IMG/VR virus record: IMGVR_UViG_3300013099_000020
Strand: one strand, 5' to 3'
Source of the DNA: a virus
DNA: 11,002 bases
The notes under the pieces were generated by a model, which saw nothing but the letters and a program-made list of their open reading frames with translations, did no database searches and was not told the origin of the DNA. The translations under genes were made by a program, and so were the position numbers. Positions 6,131 through 11,002 of this stretch are shown here, piece by piece; position 1 is the stretch's first letter, and every line of letters begins with the position of its first letter.

Positions 6131-9100
6131 ATGTCGCAGACTGAAACCCAAACATTCCTGGAGGACCTCCTCGTTCGGTTCAACCCGAGCATTGACCTGA
6201 CTGCGGGCGGGAGGGCTCAGACGGAGATCATCACACCTATCCTCAACCGGATAGGCACAGATCCGTTCGACAACGACGTGCAGACGTTTGTCCTGCAACG
6301 AATCCAAGAGACTCACCCAGACCTGGCCATTACAGAACTGGATGCCCTGAGCGACACACTCATCGACCCCATGAGGATCCTCTTCGAGGCCATCGCCCGA
6401 GAGGTTCGGCTCATCAAGCTCCGCGCCAGCATTGAGAACGTAGAGTCTCTGGCCGACCAAGAAGTCGACGCCCTCATGTCGAACTTCTTTGAGTCGCGCG
6501 TCGGAGGCGGGTACGCCTTGGGTGTGGTACGTGCGTACTTCGCCCAGCCTGTCTCGATCAGCGCAACCATAGCCAACCCCTGCGCTACCCGATCAGGTCT
6601 TCGGTTCTTCCCCAGTGTCCCGCAGGCCATCACGGCGGAGCAGATGCTGCTGAACGTGTCGGGGTCGGAGTACTACTTCGACATCAACTACACGGCCGAG
6701 GGCCGGGGGGATGAGTACAACGTCGAGGCAGGCAATGTCATCTCGGTGTCGAACTTCCCGACTGCGACCCGCATCTCCAACATTCGCCGCTTCCGTGGGG
6801 GTGTTCCCCGAGAGGACTCCCTGGACTACGTCGCTCGCGTCCAGGAGAGCCAGTCAGATAAGACCCTCACCGTTCGGAGAGGCATCGTTTCGGAGGTCAC
6901 CAACAACTTCCCTGACGTGAGGCAGCTTCAGGTCATCGGGTTCCGTGATCCGGAGATGAACCGCGACATCGTTCGTGGTGGGGGGATGGGGGCCGTCCTC
7001 GACCCCGATGCCTTTGGGGATGCCTTTGGGGATGATGGGCTCTTCAACGACGACCTCGATGGGGATGGGACTACCCAAACACTGACGGCGGCAACCGGGA
7101 ACTTCATCAGCCGCATCGCCTCGGTGGGGTCAGATCCTCAGGGGGCATTCGTCACCGTGTCCTACACAGACCCGGTCAGCCTAGTTTTTGTCTTCATAGA
7201 TGCGCGGGTGTTGGAGGTCCTCTCAGACACGGTCGTCCGCCTTGATGGGGAGTTCCCTCTCGGACTCACAACCATCCCGTGGGCTATTCGGAAGCGCGCC
7301 ATCACCCTCTCTGACATCCCCGGGGGGATCACCCTACCCGACACAGCCGAAGGGGAGCTGCTCATCGAGGATGATATGATCCACATCGGAGGCAAGACCG
7401 ACATCTACGCGGCAGGCTCCATCGATGACGCCTCTGCTCAGATCGAGTCCCTCACGGATGAGGCTCCTCTAGGGCGGGGCTTTGATGCCCGTACGGATGG
7501 GACTGACATTGTCAAAATCTTCGACACCGATTTTGACACTGAGACCTTTCCTCAGGTGGTGGTAGGCATGGCCCTGGTTCTGGAGGAGGGCGTTGATTCC
7601 GACGTGTACTCCATCCTTCAGAAGATCAGTACAACCGAGGTTCGCCTCAACGTAGTCATGACGGGCACGCAGTCGAACCTGTCATGGCGTATCGTCGATG
7701 AGATCGATACAGAGTTGAACGAGCCCAAGGAGATCAAGGTCGAGGGCTCCGACATGGTTGTGGCAGCGGGGAACACCCTCATCACAACATCGGGGGCCAC
7801 CAACTTCGTGGACGCCAACGTGCAGCCAGAGGATGTGGTTCGGATTGTGGACGACCTTACGGGGGGTGACTACATCGTGCAGGCTGTCGCTGCTGTCACT
7901 CTCGAAATAGACCCACCCCCTGCCCGCACAGCTTCTGGGTTGAACTACACGATCTTCCGCCGAAGCGAGGGTGTGGATACCCCGGTGGTCCGCGTGAGCA
8001 CCATGGAGATGCTTGACAGTGCTGGAGCACCCACAGGGACTGAAATCCCCTATAGAGATCCTGTGCTGGCCGTATCACGTTCATTCCAGAATGAGTCCTC
8101 TGGCTTCATCTATGATGGGCCTGCCAAGACAGGGCTGGTGTCTGCGGGCTATTCTGGAACCATCGGGATTGTCTTCGGGGTCAACGATGAGCTGACGCTT
8201 CAGTTCTTCGATCCCGCAGCGGTTTACACCGGGGCGGTGAGCGTGACGATCACCTTCTCCCCCGGGGCCGCCACCCCCACGGCGTTGGCCGCCGCCATCA
8301 ATATCAACACCACCGTCATCGCCCGAGGCGCACGAGCCACAGTCCTTCTTGTGGAGGGCCTTGAGTACATCGGCATCGCCGGACCGGATGCCATTCGGGT
8401 TGACTCGACCAGCAACTCCAACTCCTGGACCTTCTTCAGCTCCGACCCACTCCGCCTCTCCTCCAACTCCCAAGTCACTCTCTTCAGCTCATCCATCAAC
8501 GACTCGTTCCTACAGCGGCGGGTTCGGTTGGGGGATGTTATCGAGTTCGTCGAAGGCAACAACACCGGGGCTGCTCGGGTGCTTCGAGCCCCTGATGATG
8601 CTCTGCCCGCCACCTCCTATGACAATGTGCTCCTGGGGTCAGGCCCCTATGGTCCTATCGGAACCGACTCCCTCTACTACAACACCCCCCTCCTGCCTGA
8701 TCTCGGAGGACGAGTCCGAGTGGGCCGACCCTCGGTGGGTTCGGCTCGGGTCTACTTCCTGTCCCCCACCAGTGCGGAGTTCCGCTTCGCCGAGACAAAC
8801 TTCAGCGCGACCCTCAACGGGGAGACACTGGACTATGCCCCTGACCCGGAGCTACAACGGATCGTTATCCCGGCACCCCCGCTCCTCGATCTACCCAGCA
8901 CAGGGGAGTCCTCTAGCGGAGGGATACCCACAGCGTTCACAGATCTGACCACGAACTTCCTCACATCCCAGCTCATCCCCGGAGATGTCATTGAGGTTCT
9001 CTACCAACCCATCTTCGGCACGTCAGCCCTGCCCTCACCGGGAGCCACAGCTCCACTGGCCGGAGAGACCCTTATCATCCAGGTGGGGATCGACAACCCC

Positions 9101-10183
9101 TTCATCACCATCGCCTTCGCCAGTGACCTCCTCACACGAGATGAGGTGGTTAGCTTCATCAATGAACAGGTCGGGGAAGACATCGCCTCCCTCACCACTG
9201 CGGGACCAGCGGGGCGACTACAGCTCAAGGCTGATGCTCAGATCACCCTCAGCGAAGATAGCACGCTGGTGGCCGCGGCTCCGGATACATTGTTCCTGTT
9301 CGGAGCACCCCGCACGAACAAGCACGTGGAGGCCGCGAGCTATATCATCACCAGTGTCGTGGATGAGAACACGATCACCGTCTCCGACCAGACCCCCTTC
9401 TCCGGGTCCGCCCAGGCGGATACCCAGTATCGAATCCACCGCTACGTGCAGCGCATCTCCTCGACCGAGATGAATGAGAACCAGGACGAGACACAGCTCT
9501 ACTTTGCAGACGTGGAGCTACTGTCTCTGCGTCCGGGGGACCAGCACAACATCGGGTCTGACGTGGACCTCGAAGTGATAGGCCATGCTGCCGATGGGTA
9601 CCGCCTCACCACAGACAACGAGGAGCTGAGCTACAGCAGAGCTGAGATCCTTCGGGCGACCTTCAGTCGGAGCATCTTGATTGTCGGGTCCTCGGATAGC
9701 CCGGAGGAGTCGGTTCAGCTCAGCAAGCAAAACATCCAGGTCAACTACAACCGATCTCAAACCGTTGACGACATCCAGAGCTTCTCGGATGCTGATATCA
9801 ACCGGGTCATCAACGAGGAGATCCTGGTCCGCCACCTCTTCCCACACTTCGTGAGCTTGAACTGGGCCTACGATGCGGGTAAGTCGGAGCCGGATATGGT
9901 GCGCCTCATCGAGGACCTCCTCGATAAGACAGAGCCTGATACGGAGCTGGAGGTGGGTGACTTCACTGCACTCCTCCGCGCCAACGGAGCCACGTCCACC
10001 TACTCCCCGGACCCCGAGTCGTCCACAGAAAGGACGGCCCCCATCCTGGTGGTCATCCACCACAACGCTGCAAGACAGATCCGAGGGGTGATCGTCACGG
10101 ACTATATCAACACGGGAAACCGGGTGCAGCGCTTCCTGCCTGGAAGCATTCTGGTCAACCGCACCAGCGGTTCAGCTCTCTGA
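6131..10183 (+). CDS. Baseplate J-like (gp6/gp47/gpJ family) protein of 1350 aa. It has a recognisable J-like N-terminal region of ~280 aa and a ~1000-aa C-terminal extension, probably fibre or receptor-binding-like.
   Basis: ATG at 6131 is 2 nt after the upstream stop. The N-terminal …LIDPMRILFEAIAREVRLIKLRASIENVESLADQEVDALMSNFFESRVGGGYALGVVRAYF… follows the Baseplate_J pattern (compare P2 gpJ …LVKLLEENAYRELIWRQRVNEAARAVMLACAAGNDLDVIGANY…). The ORF is long, strongly GC3-biased and acidic, ending at TGA 10181-10183. Confidence 0.85.
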   Translation: MSQTETQTFLEDLLVRFNPSIDLTAGGRAQTEIITPILNRIGTDPFDNDVQTFVLQRIQETHPDLAITELDALSDTLIDPMRILFEAIAREVRLIKLRASIENVESLADQEVDALMSNFFESRVGGGYALGVVRAYFAQPVSISATIANPCATRSGLRFFPSVPQAITAEQMLLNVSGSEYYFDINYTAEGRGDEYNVEAGNVISVSNFPTATRISNIRRFRGGVPREDSLDYVARVQESQSDKTLTVRRGIVSEVTNNFPDVRQLQVIGFRDPEMNRDIVRGGGMGAVLDPDAFGDAFGDDGLFNDDLDGDGTTQTLTAATGNFISRIASVGSDPQGAFVTVSYTDPVSLVFVFIDARVLEVLSDTVVRLDGEFPLGLTTIPWAIRKRAITLSDIPGGITLPDTAEGELLIEDDMIHIGGKTDIYAAGSIDDASAQIESLTDEAPLGRGFDARTDGTDIVKIFDTDFDTETFPQVVVGMALVLEEGVDSDVYSILQKISTTEVRLNVVMTGTQSNLSWRIVDEIDTELNEPKEIKVEGSDMVVAAGNTLITTSGATNFVDANVQPEDVVRIVDDLTGGDYIVQAVAAVTLEIDPPPARTASGLNYTIFRRSEGVDTPVVRVSTMEMLDSAGAPTGTEIPYRDPVLAVSRSFQNESSGFIYDGPAKTGLVSAGYSGTIGIVFGVNDELTLQFFDPAAVYTGAVSVTITFSPGAATPTALAAAININTTVIARGARATVLLVEGLEYIGIAGPDAIRVDSTSNSNSWTFFSSDPLRLSSNSQVTLFSSSINDSFLQRRVRLGDVIEFVEGNNTGAARVLRAPDDALPATSYDNVLLGSGPYGPIGTDSLYYNTPLLPDLGGRVRVGRPSVGSARVYFLSPTSAEFRFAETNFSATLNGETLDYAPDPELQRIVIPAPPLLDLPSTGESSSGGIPTAFTDLTTNFLTSQLIPGDVIEVLYQPIFGTSALPSPGATAPLAGETLIIQVGIDNPFITIAFASDLLTRDEVVSFINEQVGEDIASLTTAGPAGRLQLKADAQITLSEDSTLVAAAPDTLFLFGAPRTNKHVEAASYIITSVVDENTITVSDQTPFSGSAQADTQYRIHRYVQRISSTEMNENQDETQLYFADVELLSLRPGDQHNIGSDVDLEVIGHAADGYRLTTDNEELSYSRAEILRATFSRSILIVGSSDSPEESVQLSKQNIQVNYNRSQTVDDIQSFSDADINRVINEEILVRHLFPHFVSLNWAYDAGKSEPDMVRLIEDLLDKTEPDTELEVGDFTALLRANGATSTYSPDPESSTERTAPILVVIHHNAARQIRGVIVTDYINTGNRVQRFLPGSILVNRTSGSAL
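7007..7030 (+). repeat. Perfect in-frame tandem duplication 2 x 12 nt (GATGCCTTTGGG), encoding DAFG-DAFG inside an Asp-rich loop of the J-like protein.
   Basis: Seen directly. Unit 1 is 7007-7018 and unit 2 is 7019-7030, followed by GATGATGGG. Confidence 0.9.
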
Positions 10184-10537
10184 GGGCGGGACGACCATCC
10201 TACCCATACCCAGGACGATCCCGTTATGAGGGTCGTAGGCGAAGCCGCATTCGCATTCAGCGATGACTCGGGGCAGAGGTTCGTCAGGCGTAAACGCATG
10301 GACAGGGTTGAGACTGGGGCGCATCTCTCCCCCACATTGGGGGCAAGGGGCTACACTCACAGCGAAGTTTCTTTTTGCGGCCCGAGATGTGAGGATGTCC
10401 TCATCGTCCTTGGTTAGAAGGCGGGCCAGGTCTGGATCTAGAGTTTTGAACTGCACTCCCCTACCATAACACCAATATGGCGATCCCGACCTCACCTCCG
10501 TGGGACCTTGCGAACTTCGATGAGACCACTCTCGCAT
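10172..10537 (-). CDS. Possible antisense small zinc-ribbon-like protein (up to 121 aa; CPQC…CEC motif). Very uncertain.
   Basis: Open minus-strand frame spanning the terminator/promoter gap between two plus-strand genes. The C-terminal third has good GC3, but the upstream part uses rare codons (cta). The CPQCGG and ECEC motifs are encoded by a DNA palindrome (10329-10343) and a 6-nt tandem (10248-10259), so they may be non-coding structure. It overlaps the 3' end of the J-like gene by 12 nt and the 5' end of the next gene by ~60 nt. Confidence 0.2.
   Translation of the reverse strand: MREWSHRSSQGPTEVRSGSPYWCYGRGVQFKTLDPDLARLLTKDDEDILTSRAAKRNFAVSVAPCPQCGGEMRPSLNPVHAFTPDEPLPRVIAECECGFAYDPHNGIVLGMGRMVVPPSES
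10369..10377 (+). terminator. T-tract (TTTCTTTTT) ~190 nt downstream of the J-like gene stop. Possible archaeal-type oligo-T termination site.
   Basis: Seen directly. It is preceded ~25 nt upstream by the hairpin CCCCCA-cat-TGGGGG (10329-10343). Archaeal RNA polymerase terminates at oligo-T; that is established knowledge. The assignment here is inference. Confidence 0.25.
10443..10450 (+). promoter_or_regulatory. TATA-box-like element (GTTTTGAA) centred ~30 nt upstream of ATG 10477. Candidate archaeal promoter for a leaderless transcript of the next gene.
   Basis: Seen directly. An A/T dinucleotide region lies ~-10 (CATAAC). There is no SD upstream of 10477. The TATA spacing matches haloarchaeal promoters if the TSS is at or within 1-3 nt of the ATG. 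Confidence 0.3.
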
Positions 10538-11002
10538 CGTTGCTGGGGCTTGGTCCGTCGGATCTGTCCATCCAGCCTTCAGCTGCCCCGTACTTTGTGT
10601 ACGACTCGGACCTCAACCTACTTCGACACCAGTCGAATGATGGGGTCCTGTCCACGGCTGACTTCAATGTAGGGGTGCCCAGCCGACACACTGTCGAGAT
10701 CACTGCGCGGTTCCCCCAGCTCCCGGACAGCTTTGGGGACGTAGCTACCCACCGGTTGGGCCTGACCATAGCCGATGACTCCAGTCGAGGGGTGAGCATC
10801 TACTTCTCGAAGAACGGCTTGGCGATCAGCCGGATTGATGACTTCGGGTCTGTGGCACCGCTGCCTGACTCTTCGGAAGATGTTCGGGAGATCGACCGCT
10901 TCTTTCACACCATTCGTGTGGCAGTCGACGCAGCTCTGGGACGAGCCTATGTCTTCATCGGTAGGGCTGACGAAGCCTACCTCCCCCTTCGCTTCATCAT
11001 CC
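10477..11002 (+). CDS. 5' part of a further structural protein, probably tail/baseplate (>175 aa; MAIPTSPPWDLANFDETTLASLLGLGPSDLSIQPSAAPYFVYDSDLN…). It runs off the window end, so it is absent from the ORF track.
   Basis: ATG at 10477 is the first start after an in-frame TGA at 10447-10449. I translated frame 1 by hand to nt 11001 without a stop. GC3 is high and the composition is acidic. It is co-directional with the module. Confidence 0.8.
   Translation, partial: MAIPTSPPWDLANFDETTLASLLGLGPSDLSIQPSAAPYFVYDSDLNLLRHQSNDGVLSTADFNVGVPSRHTVEITARFPQLPDSFGDVATHRLGLTIADDSSRGVSIYFSKNGLAISRIDDFGSVAPLPDSSEDVREIDRFFHTIRVAVDAALGRAYVFIGRADEAYLPLRFII

Noticed and set aside
6690-6710. RGD tripeptide (…AEGRGDEYN…) in the J-like protein as a possible integrin-type adhesion motif
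   Set aside because: The tripeptide occurs by chance at this frequency. Integrin binding is not relevant for a prokaryotic host.
1-11002. CRISPR array, integrase/transposase or other mobile-element boundary within the window
   Set aside because: There are no regularly spaced direct repeats, and no recombinase-like ORF (no R-H-R-Y or DDE signatures noticed). The only repeats are the short in-frame tandem duplications and hairpins listed above.

Overview
Dense, mostly plus-strand gene array with GC-rich coding (strong GC third-position bias), unusually acidic, Lys-poor proteins and tight start/stop packing. I read it as the virion structural (tail/baseplate) module of a tailed virus or provirus of a salt-in halophile, most plausibly a haloarchaeon; a Salinibacter-type bacterium is not excluded. 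Plus-strand genes: the 3' end of an upstream gene; a 302-aa protein with two transthyretin/carboxypeptidase-regulatory-like domains and a bacterial Ig-like group 2 (Big_2) domain; a small non-acidic 89-aa protein; an 857-aa structural protein; a 111-aa acidic protein; a 219-aa putative baseplate wedge protein; a 1350-aa baseplate-J-like protein with a ~1000-aa C-terminal extension; and the 5' end of a further structural gene that is missing from the ORF track because it runs off the window. Two things stand out. (1) A reverse-strand cassette at ~4020-5133 interrupts the co-directional module. It carries a 230-aa His/Cys-containing enzyme-like protein behind a perfect AGGAGG Shine-Dalgarno sequence and its own divergent promoter region with two inverted repeats. 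It may also carry a 69-aa Cys-rich ORF whose SD and start codon lie inside a perfect hairpin. It is bounded by a bidirectional terminator hairpin. This looks like an acquired moron of unknown function. (2) The 857-aa and 1350-aa structural proteins share a recurring ~55-60-aa module, and the J-like protein contains an in-frame 12-nt tandem duplication in an Asp-rich, Ca-binding-like loop. No rRNA, tRNA, CRISPR array, integrase or transposase is visible. All functional calls are from reading motifs by eye, with no searches run.
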